A stretch of DNA of 64,000 nucleotides from an uncultured Alphaproteobacteria bacterium (GCA_964625525.1 CAZVEE010000008.1:1764-65763), one strand, 5' to 3'. Positions 39,501 through 48,502 are shown, counted from the stretch's first letter. Notes: a model not told the origin generated them from the sequence alone. Made by a program: numbers and translations.

Positions 39501-39554
39501 TGGGCCGGGTTCACTATCATCGGTGACGGCGCGCGGCCTGTGTCGGTGCGCTAA
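36516..39554 (+). CDS. lipoprotein TPR-repeat CHAT-domain (caspase-like) protease
   Basis: The ATG at 36516 overlaps the tpsA 3' end by 11 nt. Lipobox LVAAC. Central TPR-like helices. C-terminal CHAT domain with His (YFATHGF, codon at 39081) and Cys (VVLSACNTGG, codon at 39237). Confidence 0.85.
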   Translation: MRTEGVRTTAWGILRALTVGLVGLVAACATPPGLLSADFDGTITRPDLIVTSVGRNAIGETCRLKADPDAARVSGETHYVIQCGEWETPSATIVQVAAGTPSGPGSDLWARAIAIDLDCGEPSALGFQGMGPSRRYDCRLKTGGWTMTAFEGEAGGARYVGRSIPVSLGPVERAIGFLSGRLSAAQAGGEDAARGERTRAIAELEAELGGRTYTAGDIESYDKLLDVASYYNSIGNYPVSEKYYRDALDVLQRNLDADDPALADPLMRLGLALSSQGNFRDADEVFARAERLAAADIDPLSSLRLQIYQSMHLAHQQRCAEALAILEPAQRALAALANREAGGGEAVLRTGSSAGAGVEFALSLGFEAALHLCLNSLTRAENTVDRAMAELSRLTATPQEWRWVFASLRAEILRRQRIYAGGRQELTTTIAERRRVLDPSRPEAIDLLALGQIQAQENRPEAAMEAYERGLAIVRENNDGLSLDQVLPYLKVLYTQAEENPDDARENSLKLFDAAQIVRDSVTAQTISQMAAQLASGDAEVAVLARELFELRRDINDLNLSIDRALARPDAQARLDEIDAMQDRRDDLREERARIDQTLQSAAPRFNQLMMEPVATERVMDALGPDEAMIQILLGEQESVSILITRDGITPVFRSLGADEVGDAVLRLRQGLVIDREQRLGSFDTDLAHAVYNAFIEPFEAQLADKRHLIMVPSGPLLSLPLGVLVREPAVVRREDYRDVAWLARDFAISIVPSPRNLVDLRSTVRPSVAPEPFIGYGDFQPVFDREPVDGDSCAARLYRAVRNAQRLPETGQELLDVARALGASARSVRLGRSFTEAAVRREALDRYRIVYFATHGFMPAGDNCLNEPALLATPGLSEAGEADNGLLRLSDVVSLNLDADMVVLSACNTGGGDGTGGEALSGLARGFFYSGARSLLVSHWYVESAASRDLMTTLFYLQRSNTTLGSAEAMRRARQSLMVSEDGPYTAYRSHPTFWAGFTIIGDGARPVSVR

Positions 39555-39559
39555 TACTC

Positions 39560-41596
39560 TTACTTGGTGACAACGGAAATCGTGCGGCCGGTTTCACCGG
39601 CACGGGCGCGCTCCAGGTGGAACTGGATCAGGCCGTCCTGGGGCAGGCGCTTGGCAAGGATTTCGAAGTGCTCATGGGCGCGCTGGGCATCACCTTGTGC
39701 CAAGGCGGCAAAGCCCTTTTCGTAAGTCTCCAGCAACACCGCCGCCGGCGAGCCCGGATCGAGAGGCTCGTAGGTGGGGATGGGCTGAGTCTTGCCCGGT
39801 AGGATCAGATCACCGACGGACCGGAACAGAAGGCCGGGCGTGCGGGCGCGGGTGTCTTCACTGACCAGAATATTCGTGCGCACCGTTTTGTTCGCCGCTT
39901 CCAGTCGCGCGCACGTGTTCACCGCATCGCCAATGGCCGTGTAATCAAAGCGGTCATGTCCGCCGAAATTGCCGACCACGGGATCGCCTGTGTGAACGCC
40001 GATCCGGGTGCGCCCAAGCATACGGCCTTCCCGGCGTTTCTCGGCGCGGAAGCGTTCGGAATAAGCGTGGATTTCCAAGGCGCACGCGACGGCCCGTTCT
40101 GCGTGGTCTTCAGAGGGCTCAGGCGCGCCAAAAAAGCTCATGGATCCGTCGCCTAAAAACTTATCGAGCGTCCCGCCATGGGCGAGAATGATGCGCCCCA
40201 CATTATCGAGATAGGGCGAGAAGAAATCCTGCAAGTCGTTGGGTTCCATGCTCTCCGCGATACTGGTGAAGCCTTCCAGGTCGGTGAACATCAGCGTGAT
40301 GGTCTCGCGATGCCCGCCCAGTTCCAGGCGCGAGGGATCCCGCTCTAACCGCGAGACGATGGCGGGGGGCACATATTTGGCGAAGGCGGAGCGGATCATC
40401 GCCCGTTGGTTTCGGTCCTCGCGGCCCGCATACACGATGGTGATGAACGCCGCAGCGGCGAACCCGAAGGTCGGTGCCATCACCGGCATCATCAGCCCGC
40501 CCATGTTGAACATGAGGCCCGATCCTAATGTCAGGGTCAGGAGCACCGCCACCGACATCAGGATCTTGCCCCACATGGGAATGCCCAGGACCGCGATCCA
40601 AATCGCCAGGCCACAGACCACCAGCGCCAGCAGGACCTCCATGAAAAAGCTGAACTCGTCCTGGGTCCGCCCGTCCATGATTTGCGCCAGAATATGGGCA
40701 TGGACGATCACTCCGGGCATGCGTTGGGCGTATTTGCTTTCGCTGGGCACGACGGCAAGCGGTGTGCGGTGGAAGTCGATATCCGACATCACGGGCCCGA
40801 TCAGGGCGATTTTGCCCTCCAGCCAGGCGGCCGGCAGGCTGCGCACCGTGTGGGCGTCATACATCTTGAACGCTTCCACATAGGTCTCGCCCTCGGCCAT
40901 GGTGGGCACACCGTGCCAGTCGATCCGCTGTTGGCGCACTTGGGGCACTTCATGGCCCAGCGCATGCGCGATGGCGGCGGCGAACTGGTAGCGGATGGGG
41001 CTGGTTTCGTTCCAGACCGGGTAGTGGTGACGCACGGTGCCGTCAAATGTGTTGCGCCGCAGATAGCCGTAGCCCGTGGGCCGGTCGCCGATGAACGAGC
41101 GCAGGATCGCCGCGCGTTTTGCGGTTGTGCCCAGCGCCTCGTCCCATGTGATGGGGATAATCTCGGTGCGTGCTTCCCGGATCGCCCGGCGCAAGTTTTC
41201 GTCCTTGCCCTCGTCGGTTTCTGTATCCAGGGCAAAGTCCACGCCGATCGCGCGCACGCCCGCATCGTCAAGCGCCCGAATGGTGCGCGCCAAAAAGCCC
41301 CGGTCGAGCGGCACCCGGTAGCGCAGGGTGTCGAGCGTCTCTTCGGTCACCCCGATGATCACGATGTCCTGGTTCTGCGCCATGGTGGGCGACGCGAGGG
41401 CGACACGCAGATCGCGGGTGTATTCCTCAATGCTGGTGAAAAACTGCCACCGCGGCAACAAGAGGGTCAGTATCACCGCCACTACAAAGCCAAACGCCAG
41501 CCAATGCAGCGCATAAGGTGCCGCGCGCGCACGCGTCGGGCTCTGCGAACCCGGTGCGGCCTCGACCGGCGGCGAAAGTGCAGCGTCATCCGACAT
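39560..41596 (-). CDS. CHASE2 sensor domain-containing class III adenylate/guanylate cyclase
   Basis: N-terminal TM helix, a periplasmic CHASE2-like region and a TM cluster, then the cyclase core (TLMFTDLEGFTSIAE ... GDGSMSFFGAP ... IGVHTGDPVVGNFG ... DYTAIGDAVNTCARLE). Confidence 0.9.
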   Translation of the reverse strand: MSDDAALSPPVEAAPGSQSPTRARAAPYALHWLAFGFVVAVILTLLLPRWQFFTSIEEYTRDLRVALASPTMAQNQDIVIIGVTEETLDTLRYRVPLDRGFLARTIRALDDAGVRAIGVDFALDTETDEGKDENLRRAIREARTEIIPITWDEALGTTAKRAAILRSFIGDRPTGYGYLRRNTFDGTVRHHYPVWNETSPIRYQFAAAIAHALGHEVPQVRQQRIDWHGVPTMAEGETYVEAFKMYDAHTVRSLPAAWLEGKIALIGPVMSDIDFHRTPLAVVPSESKYAQRMPGVIVHAHILAQIMDGRTQDEFSFFMEVLLALVVCGLAIWIAVLGIPMWGKILMSVAVLLTLTLGSGLMFNMGGLMMPVMAPTFGFAAAAFITIVYAGREDRNQRAMIRSAFAKYVPPAIVSRLERDPSRLELGGHRETITLMFTDLEGFTSIAESMEPNDLQDFFSPYLDNVGRIILAHGGTLDKFLGDGSMSFFGAPEPSEDHAERAVACALEIHAYSERFRAEKRREGRMLGRTRIGVHTGDPVVGNFGGHDRFDYTAIGDAVNTCARLEAANKTVRTNILVSEDTRARTPGLLFRSVGDLILPGKTQPIPTYEPLDPGSPAAVLLETYEKGFAALAQGDAQRAHEHFEILAKRLPQDGLIQFHLERARAGETGRTISVVTK

Positions 41597-41830
41597 GAGC
41601 GTGATGTAATCCTCTTCGGGAGCCTTTCGGCGCGCATCGAGTGTTCACCAACCCCACAAAGAGGTATCATAGAGCATAAGATCACGCGTCGCGTCATGCC
41701 CGTGAAATTGCCACAAGGCGAGGGGATGATTCCGCCGCGGATATGGATCCTGGCCTGCCAGCGCCCCCGCGCGCAACCCAGGTTTTGGCCGCGTGATCAA
41801 CGCGTTAGTGCTCAAGAGGGGTATGCAATC

Positions 41831-42688
41831 ATGGCGAGTCAGCTCATCCGGAAAGCCGTCCGGATCACAAGTGCTGCGGTTTTGGCCACGGTTCTGGGGA
41901 CTGTGTCCGCGCTGGCGGAGGAACTGGTCGTGATTCGCTCCACCGCGCCGGATATCGCGGTCGGTGCGGTGCTGGTCTCCGGCGAGACCATCGATCTACC
42001 GGCGGACACAGAAGTGGAGATCCTTTCCGAACGCGGCAACCGCACGGTGATCAGTGGTCCGTTTTCCGGCGGCGTGCAGGCACAGGGCAAGGTGATCGGT
42101 ACCTCCCGGCTGGAACGGCTGCGCAACGCGATTTTCGGGACAGACGGCGGCACGCTGGTGCCCGGAGGGACCCGGCGGGCGGAAATCGAGCGGCCCGGCG
42201 CCGAGGAGGACGCGGGTCCAGTCATTCCAGCAGTCCATGTGGATCTGACCCAGACCGGCACCTGGTGCGTGGAAGAGGGCGCGGCGGTGATGCTCACCCG
42301 CGGCGACTTCGAACGCTCGCGTGCCAGCCTCGGTCAACTGCCCAGCGGCGAGACGGCCCAACTGCAATGGGCGGGCCTCGACCAGCGGGTGCCCTGGCCG
42401 GCCAACGTGCCGGTTGAAGACGGGAGCCAGTATCGGGTCGTGCGTGTGGTCTATGAAGCCGACACCTCGCCCACCCGCACCGGCGATGGCGATCAACCGA
42501 TCCAGCAGGAAGTGCAGCTTGAGCCGGTGATCTTGACCATGCGGTTGGTGGAGCCGGCGCCAAACCCGGCCGCCGCCGTGCCGGTGCTGGCGCGCAACCA
42601 GTGCATGACGCAGTTCGAGCGGGCGGTGGTCGCGCTGACCGAGCCCATCCCCGATGCCGTCACCAACACTGAGTCCGCCGTTCGATAA
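41831..42688 (+). CDS. secreted hypothetical protein, FecR-like N-terminal domain (tentative)
   Basis: ATG at 41831. Signal peptide MASQLIRKAVRITSAAVLATVLGTVSALA. VLVSGETIDLPADTEVEILSERGNRTVISGP resembles the FecR sandwich pattern. The upstream 383 codons of ORF 40682-42688 are antisense to the cyclase. Confidence 0.55.
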   Translation: MASQLIRKAVRITSAAVLATVLGTVSALAEELVVIRSTAPDIAVGAVLVSGETIDLPADTEVEILSERGNRTVISGPFSGGVQAQGKVIGTSRLERLRNAIFGTDGGTLVPGGTRRAEIERPGAEEDAGPVIPAVHVDLTQTGTWCVEEGAAVMLTRGDFERSRASLGQLPSGETAQLQWAGLDQRVPWPANVPVEDGSQYRVVRVVYEADTSPTRTGDGDQPIQQEVQLEPVILTMRLVEPAPNPAAAVPVLARNQCMTQFERAVVALTEPIPDAVTNTESAVR

Positions 42689-42724
42689 TCCAATCGGCCT
42701 GCCTCACGCGTATGTCATCCCAAG

Positions 42725-42756
42725 AGCCCGCCCGATCGCATCGGCGCGGGCTTTCC
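42725..42756 (+). terminator. hairpin terminator candidate
   Basis: AGCCCGCCCGAT cgc ATCGGCGCGGGCT (one bulge) followed by TTCC. Lies 37 nt after the stop at 42688. Confidence 0.4.
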
Positions 42757-42843
42757 TCACGGCCGCGTGCTACCACATGCATCGCACCTTGAGGTGTGAA
42801 TGGCGGGGCGGGTGTCTGACCCGCCCGAACCGTGGGGACGCGC

Positions 42844-43920
42844 ATGGCTGGCCTGGGCAGGGCACTTTTTCTCATCGTCGTGCTGGCGGCACTGCTCGCG
42901 GCGGGTGTTTATGGCTATTTCGAGTATGTGCAGCGGGACGTCGGCGCAGAGACACGCCGAGGCGGCGGACCCGTGCCCGTGACCGTGGCGACAGTCCGGT
43001 TTGATGCGTTCTCCGACCGCATTGAGGCCCTCGGCACCGCCCAGGCCAATGAATCCGTCGACATCACCTCCAAAGTCACCGAAACCGTGCGCACCATCGC
43101 CTTCGAGGATGGGGCGACAGTGGAGGCCGGCGCCATCCTGGTTGAATTGACCGACGAGGAAGAGGGTGCGGCACTGGCCGAGGCGCGGGCCACGCTGCTG
43201 GAAGCGGAACAACAGTATCAACGCATTGCCGGGCTTGTGAACCGAGGCAATGCCACCGAGGCGCGCCTGGAACAGACGGTCTCAGTGCGCGATCAAGCGC
43301 GTGCCCGCGTGCGCGCCATCGAGGCGCGCCTTGCCGACCGGCTGATCCGCGCGCCTTTCGACGGCATTTTGGGCTTGCGTCAGGTCAGCCCCGGCACACT
43401 CGTCACCCCTGGCACCGTGATCACCACGCTTGATGACGTGGATCCGATCAAGCTCGATTTTGCAATTCCCGAGACCTTCTACGTGGCCGTGCGCCAGGGT
43501 CAGCCCATTGCCGCGACGGCCGATGCCTATGCGGATGAAACGTTCACCGGCACTGTGACGGTGGTGGACACACGCATCGATCCGCTCACCCGGTCGGTGA
43601 CTGTGCGCAGCGAGATCCCTAACGGCGACGGGCGCCTGCGCCCGGGCATGCTGTTGCGGGTGATCATCGAAAAGGATCAGCGCCGCTCCCTGATGGTGCC
43701 GGAGGACGCGGTCGTGCCCCTCGACACCCGGGTGTTCGTATTCCGGCTGACCGAGGACAACACTGTCGAGCGGGTGGAAATCATCACGGGCGGCCGGCGG
43801 CCGGGCGCGGTTGAAGTGTTGAGTGGCTTGGAGGCAGGCGACCAGGTCGTCGCCGGCGGCACCAATCGGGTGCGGCCGGGCGCGCCGGTCAATGTGGTCG
43901 GCAGCCGCGATAGCGAATAA
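42844..43920 (+). CDS. efflux RND transporter periplasmic adaptor (MFP) subunit
   Basis: N-terminal anchor LGRALFLIVVLAALLAAGVYG, a coiled-coil hairpin region, and the barrel-sandwich/beta-barrel blocks typical of the HlyD/AcrA family. An alternative GTG start lies at 42832. Confidence 0.85.
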   Translation: MAGLGRALFLIVVLAALLAAGVYGYFEYVQRDVGAETRRGGGPVPVTVATVRFDAFSDRIEALGTAQANESVDITSKVTETVRTIAFEDGATVEAGAILVELTDEEEGAALAEARATLLEAEQQYQRIAGLVNRGNATEARLEQTVSVRDQARARVRAIEARLADRLIRAPFDGILGLRQVSPGTLVTPGTVITTLDDVDPIKLDFAIPETFYVAVRQGQPIAATADAYADETFTGTVTVVDTRIDPLTRSVTVRSEIPNGDGRLRPGMLLRVIIEKDQRRSLMVPEDAVVPLDTRVFVFRLTEDNTVERVEIITGGRRPGAVEVLSGLEAGDQVVAGGTNRVRPGAPVNVVGSRDSE

Positions 43921-43932
43921 GGGATCCACGCC

Positions 43933-46900
43933 ATGATGCTCTCCGACATTTCGGTCACGCGTCCGGTCTTGGCCATGGTGTTCAGCATCCTGCTGGTCGC
44001 GTTCGGCGTGCTGTCTTTCCAAAGCCTGCCGCTGCGCGAACTGCCCGATATCGATCCGCCCATCGTCTCCATCGATACCGCCTATCGAGGTGCCTCGGCC
44101 GACATTGTGGACACCCGCATCACCCAGGTGCTGGAGGACCGGATCAGCGGCATTGAGGGCATTGAGGAGATTGAGTCCACCAGTCAGGACGGCCGCTCCG
44201 ACGTCACCATTACGTTCAGTTTGGATCGGGATATCGATGACGCGGCCAATGACGTGCGCAGCGCCATTTCCCGGGTGCTCGATAACTTGCCCGATGAGGC
44301 GGATCCGCCGGAAGTCGCCAAGGCCGAAGCCGATGCGCGGCCCATTATGTGGTTCAATCTCGCCTCCGAGACCATGAACCGGCTGGAGCTGACCGACTAT
44401 GCGCGGCGCTTCCTGGTGGACCGGCTGTCCGTGTCCGAAGGCGTGGCGCGGGTCTTTGTGGGCGGCTCGCAAAACTATGCCATGCGGATCTGGATCGACC
44501 GGGCCCGGCTGGCGGCCCGGGGACTGACCGTCGCCGATGTAGAAGACGCCCTGCGCGAGGAGAATGTGGAGCTGCCGGCGGGGCGCATTGAGTCTAGCGA
44601 CCGGCAATTCACAGTGCGGGTGGATCGCTCTTATCTCACGGCCGATGATTTCGCGCGGCTGGTGCTGCGCGAAGGCGAAGACGGATATCTCATCCGCCTG
44701 GAGGATGTGGCGCGGGTCGAGTTGGGCGCCGATGAGCGGCGCAGTGATTTCCGCGGCAACACCACGCCCATGGTGGGTCTGGGTGTGGTGCGCCAGTCTA
44801 CCGCCAATATTCTCGATGTGGCCCGGGCGGCCCGGGCGGAGGTGGAGCGCATTCGCCCGACCCTGCCGGAAGGCACGGACATCTTCTACAGCTTCGATAG
44901 CTCCATTTTCATCGAAGCGGCCGTGAACGATGTGTACCGGACACTGATGATCGCGATCTGCGTGGTCATCGCGGTCATCTATTTGTTCCTGGGCTCCTGG
45001 CGCGCGGCGCTGGTGCCCATGGTGACGGTGCCGGTCTGTCTCATTGGGGCCTTGAGCATTTTCACCGCTTTCGGGCTGTCCTTGAACTTGCTGACCCTAC
45101 TGGCGCTGGTCTTGTCCATCGGCCTTGTGGTGGATGACTCCATTGTGGTGCTGGAGAATGTGCAGCGGCGCGTGGATATGGGGGAGCCGCGGCTGGTGGC
45201 GGCCTATCGCGGTGTGCGCCAGGTGGGCTTTGCGGTGATCGCCACCACGCTGGTGCTTATCGCTGTCTTCGTGCCGATCATTTTCCTAGACGGCAATATC
45301 GGTCGGTTGTTCGGCGAATTGGCCATTGCCATTGCCGCCGCCGTGGGGCTGTCCACCTTTGTTGCGCTGACGCTTTCGGCGATGATGACCTCGAAACTAC
45401 TGCGGCCGGGCCAGGCGAGCGGGCCATTGGCGCGCGGGGTCAACTGGGTGCTGGACGGTTTGACGGAAGCCTATGTGGCGTCTCTCAGTCTGATTATCCG
45501 CATGCCGATCCTGGTCGGTGTGTTCGTGCTGCTGGCGGTCGCGGCCACCTATGGGCTGTTCCGCGTGGTGCCGGGAGAACTGGCACCGCCGGAGGACCGC
45601 GGGTCCTTTATCATCATCGTGCAGGGCCCCGAGGGGGCCAGCTATCCCACCACGGTCGCGACCATGCGCAAGGTGGAAGAGGTGATGATGCCGTATGTGG
45701 AGGCAGGTGAGGTGAACCGCGTGCTCATGCGGGTTCCCGGCAGCTTCGGCGGCGGCGAGGAGTTCAACACCGGTCTGGGCATCATCGTCCTCACGCTGTG
45801 GGACGAGCGGGAGCGCGACGGCATCACCATTCTCAATGAGGTGCGCGGCAAGCTCTCCACCATTCCCGATGCGCGCATCTTCCCCATCATGCGCCAAGGG
45901 TTCGGACGCGGCGGAGGAGGTCAGCCGGTGCAGTTCGTGATTGGCGGCTCCAATTACGAGGAGCTAAGCCTGTGGCGCGATATGATGATGGAACGCATTG
46001 CCGAGTATCCCGGCATCGTCAATCCGGACTCAGACCTGCGCGAGACCAAGCCGCAACTTCGGGTGCGGATCGATACCCAGCGCGCGGCGGATCTGGGCGT
46101 GTCGGTCGAGGAGATCGGCTCGACGCTCGAAACCATGCTGGGGGGGCGGCGTGTCACGACGTTCATTGATCGGGGCGAAGAGTATGACGTGATCCTCCAA
46201 GGCGAGGAAAGCGACCAGAGCCAGCCCAACGACCTGACCAATATCTTTGTGCGCTCAAGCCGGACGGATGCGCTGATCCCGCTGTCCAATCTGGTCACCT
46301 TGCAAGAGGTCGCCGATGCTGGCCGGCTGAACCGGTACAATCGCCTGCGCGCGGTGACCATCGAGGCCGGGCTCGGGGGCGAGACAACCCTGGGCGAGGC
46401 GCTCGATTTTCTGGAAACCACGGCGCGCGAGATCCTGCCGGCGGCGGCGCAGATCGACTACAAAGGGCAATCCCGGGAATTCCAGGACTCGCGCACCTCG
46501 CTCCTGTTCACCTTCGCCATGGCGCTTCTGATTGTGTTTCTGGTGCTGGCGGCGCAGTTCGAGAGCTTCATCCACCCATTCATCATTATGCTGACCGTCC
46601 CTGTGGCGGTGGCGGGTGGCTTCTACGGCCTTTTTGTCGTCGACAGCAGCCTGAATATCTACAGCCAGATCGGGATGATTATTCTCGTTGGACTGGCGGC
46701 CAAGAATGGCATCCTGATTGTGGAATTCGCGAACCAGATGCGCGATGCCGGGCTCGATGTGCATGAATCGGTGATGCGGGCCGCGCGCACCCGCTTCCGC
46801 CCGATCCTCATGACGGGGCTGTCCACATCGCTGGGGGCGGTGCCGTTGATTTTGGCCGATGGGGCGGGCTCGGCGAGCCGCTTGACCATCGGTGTGGTGG

Positions 46901-47055
46901 TGTTTTCCGGCGTGCTCTTTGCCACCTTGATCACGCTCTTTGTCGTGCCGGTGTTCTATCGTGCGCTGGCGGGCTATACCAACCCGCCGGGAGCCGTCGC
47001 GCGGGAGCTGGAGAGCTTCGAGCGCCAGTACACGGCGACCGACGAGAAAGTCTAG
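43933..47055 (+). CDS. efflux RND transporter permease subunit (AcrB family)
   Basis: 1040 aa. N-terminus MLSDISVTRPVLAMVFSILLVAFG. 12-TM topology with two large periplasmic loops. Conserved GLVVDDSIVVLENV motif. Confidence 0.95.
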   Translation: MMLSDISVTRPVLAMVFSILLVAFGVLSFQSLPLRELPDIDPPIVSIDTAYRGASADIVDTRITQVLEDRISGIEGIEEIESTSQDGRSDVTITFSLDRDIDDAANDVRSAISRVLDNLPDEADPPEVAKAEADARPIMWFNLASETMNRLELTDYARRFLVDRLSVSEGVARVFVGGSQNYAMRIWIDRARLAARGLTVADVEDALREENVELPAGRIESSDRQFTVRVDRSYLTADDFARLVLREGEDGYLIRLEDVARVELGADERRSDFRGNTTPMVGLGVVRQSTANILDVARAARAEVERIRPTLPEGTDIFYSFDSSIFIEAAVNDVYRTLMIAICVVIAVIYLFLGSWRAALVPMVTVPVCLIGALSIFTAFGLSLNLLTLLALVLSIGLVVDDSIVVLENVQRRVDMGEPRLVAAYRGVRQVGFAVIATTLVLIAVFVPIIFLDGNIGRLFGELAIAIAAAVGLSTFVALTLSAMMTSKLLRPGQASGPLARGVNWVLDGLTEAYVASLSLIIRMPILVGVFVLLAVAATYGLFRVVPGELAPPEDRGSFIIIVQGPEGASYPTTVATMRKVEEVMMPYVEAGEVNRVLMRVPGSFGGGEEFNTGLGIIVLTLWDERERDGITILNEVRGKLSTIPDARIFPIMRQGFGRGGGGQPVQFVIGGSNYEELSLWRDMMMERIAEYPGIVNPDSDLRETKPQLRVRIDTQRAADLGVSVEEIGSTLETMLGGRRVTTFIDRGEEYDVILQGEESDQSQPNDLTNIFVRSSRTDALIPLSNLVTLQEVADAGRLNRYNRLRAVTIEAGLGGETTLGEALDFLETTAREILPAAAQIDYKGQSREFQDSRTSLLFTFAMALLIVFLVLAAQFESFIHPFIIMLTVPVAVAGGFYGLFVVDSSLNIYSQIGMIILVGLAAKNGILIVEFANQMRDAGLDVHESVMRAARTRFRPILMTGLSTSLGAVPLILADGAGSASRLTIGVVVFSGVLFATLITLFVVPVFYRALAGYTNPPGAVARELESFERQYTATDEKV

Positions 47056-47086
47056 CGCCCGCGATAGCGAAAGAGACGAGGACAGC

Positions 47087-47353
47087 ATGGCCGAGGTCCC
47101 CCGTGGATATCCGAAGTTCCACAACGAAATCGGTGCGCCGGAAGTGCGCATCGGGGTGAAGGAATTTGAGTGCGTGGGCGCGCTGCCGCCCCATGACCAT
47201 CCCCACGTCTATCTCGACATGGGGGATGAGACGGTCATCGACTGTCCGTATTGCGGGACGCGCTATGTCTTCGACGCCTCGTTGAACCGGCTCGAATGCC
47301 GCCCGGCAGAATGCTTCTTCGACGAATCCGAGCGCCCGCGCGCAAGCATGTAG
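47087..47353 (+). CDS. zinc-finger domain protein (NDUFS6-like zf-CHCC)
   Basis: 88 aa. HDHPHVYLDMG...IDCPYCGTRY is the CHCC zinc-knuckle pattern common in alphaproteobacteria. Confidence 0.7.
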   Translation: MAEVPRGYPKFHNEIGAPEVRIGVKEFECVGALPPHDHPHVYLDMGDETVIDCPYCGTRYVFDASLNRLECRPAECFFDESERPRASM

Positions 47354-47463
47354 TCGTGCTCGCATCGGGCTAGGCAGGCGCCGCCTGTTCACGCTACCGT
47401 TTTCCCTCTTGGAGGCGGGGTCTTTAGATCGTTAGGATGGGCGAGATGGCTGGAGATGCGGCG

Positions 47464-48135
47464 ATGACCCGGCAAGGCCGGACCAAATGGACGCTCCTGC
47501 GCGGTTTCGCGCTCGGACTCACGGCGCTTGCGATCACCGCATGCGGGTCCAGTGGCCCGGCCAAGCCGCGCCTGACGGGGGCGCCGCCTGAACAATTCGC
47601 CGCCGCCTTGGCTCTGAAGGACACCGGCAATTGCGCCGATGCGATGCCGACGTTTGAGCGACTAGCGCAGCGCGGGCGCGGCTGGGAACTGGCGCAAGTG
47701 CATTATGCGGATTGCCTGCTGGAAGCGGGGCAGGTGGATGATGCTCTGAAATGGTTGACCTTGGCCGCTGAGTCCAATGAACCGCGTGCCCAGGCGCGGC
47801 TGGCGCTGGCCTATCTGGAGGGTACAGGCGTGACGACCGATCCGGTGCAGGCCGCGAAATGGTATGTGCTCGCCACCCGTGAAACTCTCGAAGGTCTGGT
47901 GGCCGACAGCGATCTGCCGCCCGATTTCCGCGCCCGCCTCGATGCCGGGCTGACCGAACGCGCCAAGGCGGACGGGGCGGCTCTGGCGGCGGCCTGGATC
48001 CCCACTTATCAGGGCGTCAACGCGGAGCTTGTAAACCAGCCTCCGGTGCGCGAACGCGAGGCGGCGACACCCCGCGCGGCGCGGCCTGGCCAGGAAACCT
48101 GGGACCAACAGAACCGGCGCCGGCGGCGCTGGTAA
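47464..48135 (+). CDS. Sel1-repeat lipoprotein
   Basis: GGAG lies 8 nt upstream of the ATG at 47464. Lipobox LAITAC. Sel1-like repeat NEPRAQARLALAYLEGTGVTTDPVQAAKWYVLA. Confidence 0.7.
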   Translation: MTRQGRTKWTLLRGFALGLTALAITACGSSGPAKPRLTGAPPEQFAAALALKDTGNCADAMPTFERLAQRGRGWELAQVHYADCLLEAGQVDDALKWLTLAAESNEPRAQARLALAYLEGTGVTTDPVQAAKWYVLATRETLEGLVADSDLPPDFRARLDAGLTERAKADGAALAAAWIPTYQGVNAELVNQPPVREREAATPRAARPGQETWDQQNRRRRRW

Positions 48136-48168
48136 CCAGACCCCACAAGATCACGCGGGAGAGAGCCC

Positions 48169-48447
48169 TTGCTGTTTTTTGTTTTTGTGCTGTCAGTGGT
48201 GTTGGGCGTTGAGCTGATCCGCCGAATTCCCTCCCAGTTGCACACGCCGCTTATGTCCGGCTCCAACGCCATTTCCGGGATCACTCTGGTGGGAGGGATA
48301 CTCGCCGCCGGGTCCAACGAGACGCTGGCGATCATTCTGGGCACGTTGGCGGTGGCGTTCGCCACGATCAATGTGGTGGGCGGTTATCTGGTCACGGACC
48401 GCATGCTGGGCATGTTCAAGTCCGGCGACAGCAAATCCTCCAAGTGA
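48169..48447 (+). CDS. pntA: NAD(P) transhydrogenase subunit alpha part 2 (membrane PntAB)
   Basis: 92 aa and three TM helices. HTPLMSGSNAISGITLVGG motif. TTG start as called by the ORF track. Confidence 0.85.
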   Translation: MLFFVFVLSVVLGVELIRRIPSQLHTPLMSGSNAISGITLVGGILAAGSNETLAIILGTLAVAFATINVVGGYLVTDRMLGMFKSGDSKSSK

Positions 48448-48502
48448 CTCTCTCCGCGCGCTGGCTCACGGGGCTCGCGCGACAGACCAAGGACGCCTTT
48501 CC

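Noticed and set aside
36516-39554. TPR-CHAT as a type III-E CRISPR (Craspase/Csx29-like) or other cytoplasmic defence protease.
   Set aside because: There is no CRISPR array, gRAMP/cas7-11 or other cas gene in the window. The protein has a lipoprotein signal and is embedded in a TPS secretion operon, which points to an envelope role.
40682-41830. The N-terminal 383 codons of the 668-aa + ORF 40682-42688.
   Set aside because: This part is antisense to the well-supported CHASE2 cyclase gene. Only the part from the ATG at 41831, which opens a signal peptide, looks like a real protein.
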